DNA of 64,000 nucleotides. Origin: Akkermansia muciniphila. GTDB lineage: Bacteria; Verrucomicrobiota; Verrucomicrobiia; Verrucomicrobiales; V1-33. Every line of letters begins with the position of its first letter. Position 1 is the stretch's first letter. The notes under the pieces are model-generated. The model had not been told where the DNA came from and ran no database searches. It saw only the letters and a list, made by a program, of their open reading frames with translations. The position numbers were made by a program, and so were the translations under genes. The stretch spans positions 15,512-79,511 of the forward strand of contig CAMDJM010000004.1 in assembly GCA_945900785.1 (NCBI GenBank). The letters run 5' to 3'. This document shows, piece after piece, positions 17,735 to 26,815 of the stretch.

Positions 17735-19520
17735 ATGTCTGGAAATTATCGTTATCTTGGTTGGCTGCTCCTGCTTTGGGGGATGCTGCTTTGTGGGGCG
17801 GTGGAAGCAGCGGGCGTGAAGACCTATAACAAGGTAGGCTTGGAGATGCAGTGGCGTTGGAAACAGGAAAAACTGGGATTTGGCGGCGGCATGGCCAGGG
17901 AGGGTTGGGACGTGACCCGGGCGGATTTTTTGGATATCCGGTTTGGCGCTGCGGCGGGCGGACGGCAGTTGGTTGGAAACCGGTGGCTGGCAGGCTTGTT
18001 TTAAAGGCGCCGAGGGCCGGACGTCGGCTTTTTTGGAAGGCGTGCCAGGTCAGGTGTTTACGGGGTTGAGGTTTGTGATAGGGCTGGATCAGGTATTGAA
18101 TGAAGCCGACCCGAATCTTTGGCCTGCAGGCCATGCGCTGCACCCCACGGTGAATGGACTGCACTGGGGCTGGCAGGGGGGCCACATTTTTATGGCGCTG
18201 GAAGGGCACCGGCAACTGGCGCAGGGCGGACCGGATGGGTTTTCCTATCACTTGGCCGGCACGGGGAATCAGATGACGGTGGTGCTGGAGCAGCCCTTGG
18301 ACCTCACCCGTGGCGGCACCATTGGCCTTGGCTTTGATGTGGCAAAAGTCCTGGAGGGACTGGCTCCGGATTTCGGCGCTTCAACTCATTCACGGGCCGG
18401 GGATGAACGGGCGGACGCGCTGCGGAAGCGGGTGGAGCAGGCTTTTGTGGTGACCGGGATCAGTCCGGAAATTTGGCAGGCAGTGCCCCTGGCGGAGCGG
18501 GTTGCCAGGAGTCAGGTTCCCGCCGGCACGCCGTGGCCGATGCAGATTTCCAGCCGTCTGCCCAAGGTGGTGCTGCCGGCGGACAATGTGCCGGTAGTGG
18601 CGGGAGTGGAGCTGGGCCGGCGGCTGTTTCAGGAGAAGCGGCTATCTGTCAATCAGACCCAATCGTGCGCTTCCTGTCACGATCAAAAGGCGGCTTTCAC
18701 GGATCCGGGGAAACGTTATAGTGTGGGGGCAGAAGGCCGGACCGGGACGCGCAATGCCATGCCCCTGTTCAATCTGGCCTGGCAGAGCGAGTTCTTCTGG
18801 GACGGCCGGGTGAAGCGTCTGCGGGATCAGGTGCTGGTGCCCCTGCAGGATCCGGTGGAGATGCACGGCTCGCTGGAGGCTGCCGTTCAGGTCTTGTCAG
18901 GAGATGCCGGCTACCGGGAGGATTTTGGAAAAGTGTTTGGTCCCGGCGGAGTGACAGCGGAACGCCTTGGACTGGCTCTGGAGCAGTATTTACTGACGCT
19001 GGTGTCACAGGATTCGAAGTTTGACCAGGCGGTGCTGGGCCGCGCCAAATTGAGCCCGCAGGAGCAGCGCGGACTGGAGTTGTTTATTACAGAGTATGAT
19101 CCGCCAAGGAATTTGCGTGGGGCGGATTGTTTCCATTGTCATGGGGGGAATCTGTTTTCGAATCAGGGCTTTTCCAATAACGGACTGGAGGCGGCCCCGG
19201 AAGCCGGGCGGCAGGCGGTGACCGGGCAGGCAGCCGATCAGGGGAAGTTCCGGGTGCCCTCCCTGCGCAACGTGGCCTTGACAGCTCCTTACATGCATGA
19301 TGGCCGTTTCTCGACCCTGGAGGAAGTGATCGACCACTACGATCATGGGGTGCATCCCTCACCCACGCTGGATCCCAACCTCGCTAAACATCCTGCCGCC
19401 GGCCTCGCTCTGCCGGCAGCAGACAAGGGTGCCCTGGTGGCTTTTCTGAAATCTCTATCAGATAGCCAGTTTCCGGATTCCCGCCCGGCGGCTTCCATTT
19501 CATCCATTTCCAAGCCATGA
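17735..19520 (+). CDS. secreted MbnP-like domain fused to a di-heme cytochrome c peroxidase (MauG/MbnH-like); apparent 1-nt frameshift near 17940
   Basis: ORF 17735..18004 encodes a signal peptide (MSGNYRYLGWLLLLWGMLLCGAVEA) and the start of the domain (...WDVTRADFLDIR). ORF 17943..19520 continues in the next frame (LALRRADGSWLE...GLRFVIGLD...HPTVNGLHWGWQGGHIFMALEG). Removing one T from cgg-ttt-ggc joins them seamlessly. The heme motifs are CASCH (18666-18680) and CFHCH (19128-19142), and the tail reads PSLRNVALTAPYMHDGRFSTLEEVIDHY. Confidence 0.75.
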
Positions 19521-22500
19521 ATAAATCCAGAATTTTCGCTGCGACCCTCGCAGGGATGGTCACCTCCTTTCCAGCCAACACTGTCCATGCGGATGTGACC
19601 CATGCCCAGGACGATGCGTTTTATGCAGCGGCGGCGGCCCTGCTGCCGTCCTTCCAGGGCGTGCCGGCTCCCGTGAATCCAGCGGAGTCGGTGAATGCGG
19701 GTGCCTGGGCTGCTCCCATCAATTTTCCCCACGTGCCGGTGACCGCAGCGAATCTGCCGGATGGCCGCATCCTGACTTATGCTTCCAATCAGCGGACTTC
19801 GTTTCCGGCCGGCCCTGAATTTACCTATGCCGCGGTGTGGAATCCCAGCACCAACACCATCACGGAGATCAACTGGAACCAGCATGACATGTTCTGCGGG
19901 GGAACCGTATTGCGCTCGGATGGCCGGTTTCAGGTGATGGGAGGACGCAATATTGTTAGGTCCTCCAGTATCTTCAATTGGCAAACCAATGCCTGGAGCC
20001 GCACGGCGGACATGAACGATCCCCGCTGGTATACTTCTTCCGCGATCCTGCCAGGCGGGGATGTGTTTACGCTGTCAGGCAGTGGCGGCGACAATACCGC
20101 CGAGCGCTTCAATGGCACCTCATGGCGGAAGTTTTCCAATATCAACTGGAGCCCTGTCGCCAGCCAGGCCGTGATCGAGGCCAACTGGACACCGATGATT
20201 TTCCTGGCTCCGGATGGACGGCTGTTCCATGCGGGTCCTACCAAAACCATGAATTGGGTGAACCCGGAGGGCAATGGCCTCATCAACACTTCCGGGGCGG
20301 TCTATCCTGGAACCTGGTATCCCAAGGATGCTGCCATTGTGATGTATGAGCCGGGCAAACTCCTCGTCGCGGGCGGCCTCGCCACGGGAACGGCGGAAAC
20401 GCCCACCAACCTGGCCTGTAAAATCGATCTCTACACCGATCCGCCCACCGTGACGCCCCTGCCAGCTATGGCGAACCTCCGGCGGTTTTCCAACGGCATC
20501 GTGCTGCCCACGGGGGAGGTCCTTGTGATGGGAGGCAATACGTCCGGCCAGAAATTCAGCGATGCCGGTTCCTTCCTGGCTGCTGAAATCTGGAATCCCC
20601 GCACCGGTCTCTGGCGCACCGTGGCCAGTCAGGCGGTGCCCCGGAACTATCACTCGGTCGCCCTGCTCCTGACGGATGGGAAAGTCATGTCAGGAGGCAG
20701 TGGGCTCGCCGGCAATGCGGCGGTGGATCACAGCAATATCGAAGTTTACAGCCCGCCCGCGCTGTTCACCGGCACGGGCCAGGCTGCGGTGCAGCCCTCC
20801 CTCACAGCGGCACCTTCCACCATCGGCTCCACCGGGCGCTTTACCGTCCAGGGCACCGCAGGGCTGTTGCGCTTTGCCATGATCCGGATGGCCTCCACGA
20901 CCCACGGACTTTCCACGGACCAGCGGTATTTCAGCCCGGCCTTTGCCGAAACCGCCCCCGGCAGCTACGAACTGTCCCCGCATGATAACATCAATGTGAT
21001 GAATCCCGGCTATTGGATGCTCTTTGGGGTGGATGCCAATGGCGTGCCCTCCCGGGCCCGCGTGATCCTCGTCAGCGCCACCGCCACCGTCGCATTGCCT
21101 GGGGTCAATCTCGCGCTGGGCAAGGCGACCTCCCAATCCTCCAACTTCGATGGTAGCCTGACCTCCAACCGGGCGGTGGATGGGGTCACCAATGGTGATT
21201 TTGGGGTCGCACCAGGGGTGCATACCCAGTCCGAAGCCAATGCTTGGTGGCAGGTGGATCTGGGGGCGGTCTATCCGCTGAATGCGGTGCGCATTTTCAA
21301 CCGGGGCAATAACCTCGGGTCCCACCTGACGGATTTTTCGGTTCATGTCAGCAATTTTCCGTTTGATGATGCCAACACGGATACCACCAGCTACCGCTAC
21401 CTGAGCACGCCCGGGCCGGAGACGGTGGTCAATCTCTACCGCAGCGCCCGCTACCTGCGCGTCCAGCTCAATGGGACCAACTTCCTGCAACTGGCCGAAG
21501 TCCAGGTGATGGGGACCAATGCACCGGTCACTGGAGTCGTGGTGCAAAACCCGGGACCGCAGTATAGCCCCCGGCTGGGCACGGTCAGCTTCCTTCCTGC
21601 TGCCACCGCACCCAGCCCGGTGACCTGGACTGCCACCGGCCTGCCGGCAGGACTCAATATCGATGCCGGCACCGGCCGTATCACCGGCACCCCCACCACC
21701 CTGGGGGATCAAACTGTGACCCTCACCGCAGCCATGGCCAATGGCGTGAATAACAGTCAGTCCTTCCTATGGACGGTTCATGCTCCCGGGGAAGTCCCCG
21801 GCCTGACCTACCGGTATTATGAAGGATCGTGGACTGTCCTCCCTGACTTCAGTTTGCTGACACCGCTGCGTTCCGGGGTGGTGCCGGCGTTCTCCATCGC
21901 GCCACGGGAGCGGGAGAGCAATTACGCCCTGACCTTTGAGGGGAATCTGCGCATCCCCACCGCCGGGACCTGGACTTTCTACAGCAACTCCGACGATGGC
22001 AGCCAGGTCTGGATCGATGGCCGCCTGGTGGTGAATCATGATGGCGTGCACACCGCCAGTGAAGCCAATGGCAGCATCACCCTGCCAGCCGGGGTGCACC
22101 GCATCACGGTGGCTTATTTCCAGAGCACGGGGACGATGGGGCTCGACGTGAGCTATGCCGGCCCGGGCACCGCCAGGCAGCCCATCCCTGTGAATGCGCT
22201 CTACCAGCCATTGCCTGGAGTGCGTTTTGACTATTACGAGGGCGTATGGAATGCGCTGCCTAACTTTAATTCCCTTGTTCCGTTCCTTTCGGGCGATACA
22301 GACACCTTCAATCTTGCCGGGAGGCTCAGGGATGACAATTTCGCAATGCGCTTCCGTGCCTCCCTGCGCACTCCGGTGGCTGGCAGCTACACCTTTTATA
22401 CCGCCTCCGACGATGGCAGCCGTCTCCTGATTGATGGTGCGGTGGTGGTGAATAATGATGGCCTTCATGCCACGGCGGAGCAGCAGGGGACGGTAAACCT

Positions 22501-25500
22501 AACGGATGGCGTTCATGATATTGAAGTGCAGTTTTTCGAACAGGGCGGCGATCAGGTGCTGGTGGTGAGTTATGCCGGACCGGGTCTCACGCGGCGCGTG
22601 ATTCCGGAGAGCGTCCTCGCCGCGCCCGGTGTCCCTGGCACCGCGCCCGTGGTGACGGCTCTGGCTGCCCGCACGACTTTGAAGGGGACGGCGGTTTCAG
22701 TGCCTGTGATCGGCACAGATGCCAACAATGATCCCCTGAGCTATTCCGCCAGCGGCCTGCCCACCGGTTTGGGCATCAATGCCAGCACGGGCCTCATTTC
22801 CGGCACCCCCACGACGGCGGGCAGCTTCGCCGTCACCGTGACCGTGAATGATGGCACGGGCCGGAATGGCAGCACTTCGTTCAATTGGACCATCGTCAAT
22901 CCCCTGACGCTTTCTCCCATGACGGCTGTTGCCCGGCCGGCCGGCACAGCGATCAGCTATAGCGCGATTTCCACCGGGGGACTGAATCCGAAATTCCGTT
23001 GGAATTTTGGCGATGGCACCGGTGACACCGTGGCCAGCAGCAGCTTGGTCATCTCCAGGACCTTTGCCCAGCCGGGACGTTATCAGATCTCGGTGATTGC
23101 CTCGGATGATAGCGGAGCAAATCTCGCCCAGGTCTTTATCCAGGCGGTCCACGGGACCCTCGCCGCCACGCCTCCGGTAAGTTCCAGCCCCCTGGCATGG
23201 CAGACCAGGACCGGAGTGAACCGGATCTGGGTGGTGAATCCCGATGCCAATTCCGTCAGTGTGTTCAACGCGGCCACCAATGCCAAACTGGCGGAAACGG
23301 CCGTAGGCCTCCAGCCCGTCAGCGTCGCCATTGCGCCGGATGGCCGGGCCTGGGTGGTGAATAAAAAGTCCGCCACCATCAGCCTGCTCAATCCTGACAC
23401 CTTCGCCGTGGCGGCCACGGTTTCCTTGGCAAGGGCCTCACAGCCGCATGGTCTCGCCTTTGCCCCCAATGGCGGCGCGGCTTTCCTTGCCCTGGAAGGG
23501 ACGGGCCAGTTGTTGAAACTGAACCCAGCTACCGCCGCTATCACCGGCACCCTGGCGGCCGGGCCGGATGTCAGGCACCTTTCTGTCAGTGCAGACAGCG
23601 GCAAGGTTTACCTCTCCCGGTTTATCACGCCGGCGCTGCCGGGCGAATCCACGTCCGTGGTGCAATCCACCGTGGGATCGGTGAATCACGGGGGACAGGT
23701 CCTCGTGGTGACAGCGGCATCCATGGCCCTGTCAAAAACCATCATCCTGCAGCACAGCGAACGCCCGGATGCGGAAAATGCCGGACGTGGTATTCCCAAT
23801 TATCTCGGCCCTCCCGTGCTGTCGCCGGATGGCACGGCGGCGTGGGTTCCTGGCAAGCAGGATAACATTAAGCGAGGGGTGCTGCGGGACACCCGGCAGT
23901 TGGGGCACGATTCCACGGTGCGGGCCATCAATTCCCGCATCAATACCCTGACCGATACTGAGGACTACGCCTCCCGGATTGACTTCGACGATTCTGCGGT
24001 GCCGTCCCATGCCGTCTTCGATCCCACCGGATTGTTGCTCTACGCGGCCATGGAAGGCAGCCGCCAGGTGGCGGTGGTGGATGCCATGGCCCGCAGCGTC
24101 CTTTTCAAAATCGATGCCGGGCGGGCTCCCCAGGGGCTGGCGCTTTCGCCGGATGGGACCCGCCTCTTTGTGCAAAACTTCATGGACCGCACGGTGCAGG
24201 CCTTTGATCTGACTGTTCTGGTGAATGGCGGGCGTCCCGCCGGTTCGGATATTACACCGGTGGCCACCTGGAACACCGTCGCCGTGGAGCCGCTGCCGGC
24301 CAATATCCTGACTGGGAAACGCTTCTTCTACGATGCCCGGGATCCGCGGATTTCCCTGCAAAGTTATATCAGCTGTGCGGCCTGTCACAATGATGGCGGC
24401 CACGATGGCCGCGTCTGGGATTTCACCGGCATGGGCGAAGGTCTGCGCAATACCACCGACCTGCGCGGCAAAGCCGGCACCGGGCAGGGGCCCGCCCATT
24501 GGACGGGAAATTTTGATGAGGTCCAGGACTTCGAAAAACAAATCCGTGATCTCGGACGCGGCACCGGATTGATGGCGGACAGTGACTTCAATGCTGGCAC
24601 CCGCAGCCAACCACTGGGCGCGCCCAAGGCAGGACTGAGTGCCGATCTCGATGCCCTCGCGGCCTATGTCAGTTCCCTGACTGCTGCGGTCCCCAGCCCC
24701 AACCGGAATGCCGATAGTTCCCTCACTGCTGCTGCCGTGGCCGGACGGGAGGTCTTCCGCAGTGCCAACTGCGCCCAGTGCCACAGCGGCACGGGATTCA
24801 CCAACAGCGCCCTGAATAACCTGCGGAACATCGGCACCATCAAGCCTTCCAGTGGTCAGCGTCTCGGAGCTGTCCTGACTGGATTGGACACGCCGACACT
24901 CCGGAGCCTGTGGAACACGGCACCCTATTTGCATGATGGATCCGCCGCCACCCTCACCGCCGCCGTGCAAGCCCACCAGGGGGTTACCCTGACACCGGCC
25001 AAACTGGTCAGCCTTGTCGCCTATCTGGCCCAAGCCGATGACGCCGAAACCACCGCGCCGGTCCCTGCTGTCACTGGGGGGAGCGGTCCAGGCCTGTTGG
25101 GCGAATACTTCCCGGGGATGACTCCAGGCGTGGCGGCACCGGTCCTGACGCGCACCGATCCTGGCATTGATTTCGATTGGGGGGGCGGTTCCCCCGGGCC
25201 TGCGGTGCCGGTGGATAACTTCTCCGCCCGCTGGACGGGGTTCATTACGGCCGCCTACAGCGAAACCTACACGTTCTTTGTGCCCTCCGACAATGGTGTG
25301 CGGGTCTGGATCAATAACCAACTGGTGCTGGACAAATGGACTCCGCTCGACATTGCCGCCTGGCACAATTTCACCCTGCCGATGACGGCGAATCAGGCAG
25401 TTCCCCTAAAAGTGGAATATGCCGAACTGTCCGGCGGTGCGAATATCACCCTGTTCTGGTTCAGCAATACCCAGCTTTGGGAAAGTGTTGGCGCCAACCG

Positions 25501-26815
25501 CCTGAGCACCGGTCCGGCGGTGAACCGGGAACCGCTCCTGACCACGCCTGCCGCCCAATCCACGGTGCGCGGCCGCGCCGCCTCCCTCACGGTGCAGGCC
25601 AGCGATCCTGACTTCAATCCCCTGACTTATTCAGCCGCCGGTTTGCCGGCCGGCCTGTCCATCAGCAGCACCAGTGGACTCATCTCCGGCACCGTCACCC
25701 TGACGGCATCGTCTTCCCATACCGTCAGCCTGACTGTTTCCGATGGCACCCTTTCCGCCACCACCTCCTTTGCCTGGAGCACCACGGCTCCGCCCGCGAA
25801 CCGGGCTCCGGTGTTGAACAATCCAGGCACCCAGTCAGCGGTGCGGGGTTCTGTGGTCGTCCTGCGGCCACTGGCTTCGGATCCGGATTCCGATCCCCTG
25901 ACATGGAGCGCGGTGGGCCTGCCCCCGGGCCTGACCCTGAATGTCACGACCGGCCAGATCTCCGGGATTCTGGATAGCAATGCGGCTGCTGCCTACACGG
26001 TTTCCCTTGCGGTGCAGGACCCAGGTGGCCTGACTTCCAATGCCACCTTCATCTGGAATACGACAGCGCCGCCTATCAATGGGCTGCGGGGTGAATATTT
26101 TGGCGGCATGGAGCCCGGAGTGGGTGCCCCTCTGCTGGTCCGCACGGATGCCACGATCAACTTTGACTGGGGCGGGGGATCGCCCAGTCCCGCCGTTCCG
26201 GTGGATTATTTCTCCGCCCGCTGGACCGGCACCCTGACCGCTCCCTTCACTGAAACTTACACTATCTATGTGCCGTCGGACAATGGGGTGCGGGTTTGGA
26301 TCAATAACCAATTGGTGCTCGACAAGTGGACGCCCCTGGACATCTCGGGATGGCATAATTTCACGATCAATCTAACCGCTGGTCAGGTCGTGCCGGTCAA
26401 GGTGGAATATGCTGAACTCTACGGCGGGGCCGGCATCACGCTCTACTGGTTCAGTCCCAGCCTGCCATGGGAGGTCATCGCCTCCAGCCGTCTCAGCCCT
26501 GCGGTCACGGTGACGCCAGGATCCTCCTCCGGGGCGTTGGAAATGGTGCAGGCGACCCAGCGGATGACGGCTTCACAGGGCCATCTCTTCTTCACTTTCA
26601 GGCGTCCCTCCTCTTCCGCTGCTGAAGTCGCGATCCTGGTGCAGAGCAGCAGCGATCTGAAGCAATGGAGTCCTGTCAATTTGCCGGCCCAGGTGGTGCA
26701 GTCGCTGGATGGCATGGATGAAATCAGGATTGCGGTGCCGCCCCCCGCCGGTCCGGAGGGAGCCCATTATTTCCGGCTCCAACTGGTGACGCCGGATCCC
26801 GTGGCGGATCCCTGA
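19517..26815 (+). CDS. giant secreted multidomain protein: galactose-oxidase-type copper radical oxidase, lectin/PA14/Ig/PKD modules, beta-propeller and a di-heme peroxidase domain
   Basis: 2432-aa ORF whose ATG overlaps the upstream stop (ATGA at 19517-19520). The signal peptide is MNKSRIFAATLAGMVTSFPANTVHA. Approximate domain map from motifs:
- galactose-oxidase-like propeller plus Ig-like domain, 19.70-21.08 kb (HDMFCGG Cys codon 19895; WY 20027-20032; YH 20648-20653; TTH 20897-20905);
- F5/8-type-C lectin, 21.10-21.52 kb;
- Ig-like, 21.54-21.78 kb;
- PA14 x2, 21.80-22.61 kb;
- Ig-like, 22.64-22.89 kb;
- PKD, 22.89-23.14 kb;
- YVTN-type beta-propeller, 23.2-24.3 kb;
- CCP/MauG-like domain, 24.3-25.03 kb (CAACH 24374-24388, CAQCH 24770-24784, TAPYLHDGS);
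- PA14, 25.09-25.51 kb;
- Ig-like x2;
- PA14, 26.08-26.50 kb;
- C-terminal beta module. Confidence 0.88.
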   Translation: MNKSRIFAATLAGMVTSFPANTVHADVTHAQDDAFYAAAAALLPSFQGVPAPVNPAESVNAGAWAAPINFPHVPVTAANLPDGRILTYASNQRTSFPAGPEFTYAAVWNPSTNTITEINWNQHDMFCGGTVLRSDGRFQVMGGRNIVRSSSIFNWQTNAWSRTADMNDPRWYTSSAILPGGDVFTLSGSGGDNTAERFNGTSWRKFSNINWSPVASQAVIEANWTPMIFLAPDGRLFHAGPTKTMNWVNPEGNGLINTSGAVYPGTWYPKDAAIVMYEPGKLLVAGGLATGTAETPTNLACKIDLYTDPPTVTPLPAMANLRRFSNGIVLPTGEVLVMGGNTSGQKFSDAGSFLAAEIWNPRTGLWRTVASQAVPRNYHSVALLLTDGKVMSGGSGLAGNAAVDHSNIEVYSPPALFTGTGQAAVQPSLTAAPSTIGSTGRFTVQGTAGLLRFAMIRMASTTHGLSTDQRYFSPAFAETAPGSYELSPHDNINVMNPGYWMLFGVDANGVPSRARVILVSATATVALPGVNLALGKATSQSSNFDGSLTSNRAVDGVTNGDFGVAPGVHTQSEANAWWQVDLGAVYPLNAVRIFNRGNNLGSHLTDFSVHVSNFPFDDANTDTTSYRYLSTPGPETVVNLYRSARYLRVQLNGTNFLQLAEVQVMGTNAPVTGVVVQNPGPQYSPRLGTVSFLPAATAPSPVTWTATGLPAGLNIDAGTGRITGTPTTLGDQTVTLTAAMANGVNNSQSFLWTVHAPGEVPGLTYRYYEGSWTVLPDFSLLTPLRSGVVPAFSIAPRERESNYALTFEGNLRIPTAGTWTFYSNSDDGSQVWIDGRLVVNHDGVHTASEANGSITLPAGVHRITVAYFQSTGTMGLDVSYAGPGTARQPIPVNALYQPLPGVRFDYYEGVWNALPNFNSLVPFLSGDTDTFNLAGRLRDDNFAMRFRASLRTPVAGSYTFYTASDDGSRLLIDGAVVVNNDGLHATAEQQGTVNLTDGVHDIEVQFFEQGGDQVLVVSYAGPGLTRRVIPESVLAAPGVPGTAPVVTALAARTTLKGTAVSVPVIGTDANNDPLSYSASGLPTGLGINASTGLISGTPTTAGSFAVTVTVNDGTGRNGSTSFNWTIVNPLTLSPMTAVARPAGTAISYSAISTGGLNPKFRWNFGDGTGDTVASSSLVISRTFAQPGRYQISVIASDDSGANLAQVFIQAVHGTLAATPPVSSSPLAWQTRTGVNRIWVVNPDANSVSVFNAATNAKLAETAVGLQPVSVAIAPDGRAWVVNKKSATISLLNPDTFAVAATVSLARASQPHGLAFAPNGGAAFLALEGTGQLLKLNPATAAITGTLAAGPDVRHLSVSADSGKVYLSRFITPALPGESTSVVQSTVGSVNHGGQVLVVTAASMALSKTIILQHSERPDAENAGRGIPNYLGPPVLSPDGTAAWVPGKQDNIKRGVLRDTRQLGHDSTVRAINSRINTLTDTEDYASRIDFDDSAVPSHAVFDPTGLLLYAAMEGSRQVAVVDAMARSVLFKIDAGRAPQGLALSPDGTRLFVQNFMDRTVQAFDLTVLVNGGRPAGSDITPVATWNTVAVEPLPANILTGKRFFYDARDPRISLQSYISCAACHNDGGHDGRVWDFTGMGEGLRNTTDLRGKAGTGQGPAHWTGNFDEVQDFEKQIRDLGRGTGLMADSDFNAGTRSQPLGAPKAGLSADLDALAAYVSSLTAAVPSPNRNADSSLTAAAVAGREVFRSANCAQCHSGTGFTNSALNNLRNIGTIKPSSGQRLGAVLTGLDTPTLRSLWNTAPYLHDGSAATLTAAVQAHQGVTLTPAKLVSLVAYLAQADDAETTAPVPAVTGGSGPGLLGEYFPGMTPGVAAPVLTRTDPGIDFDWGGGSPGPAVPVDNFSARWTGFITAAYSETYTFFVPSDNGVRVWINNQLVLDKWTPLDIAAWHNFTLPMTANQAVPLKVEYAELSGGANITLFWFSNTQLWESVGANRLSTGPAVNREPLLTTPAAQSTVRGRAASLTVQASDPDFNPLTYSAAGLPAGLSISSTSGLISGTVTLTASSSHTVSLTVSDGTLSATTSFAWSTTAPPANRAPVLNNPGTQSAVRGSVVVLRPLASDPDSDPLTWSAVGLPPGLTLNVTTGQISGILDSNAAAAYTVSLAVQDPGGLTSNATFIWNTTAPPINGLRGEYFGGMEPGVGAPLLVRTDATINFDWGGGSPSPAVPVDYFSARWTGTLTAPFTETYTIYVPSDNGVRVWINNQLVLDKWTPLDISGWHNFTINLTAGQVVPVKVEYAELYGGAGITLYWFSPSLPWEVIASSRLSPAVTVTPGSSSGALEMVQATQRMTASQGHLFFTFRRPSSSAAEVAILVQSSSDLKQWSPVNLPAQVVQSLDGMDEIRIAVPPPAGPEGAHYFRLQLVTPDPVADP

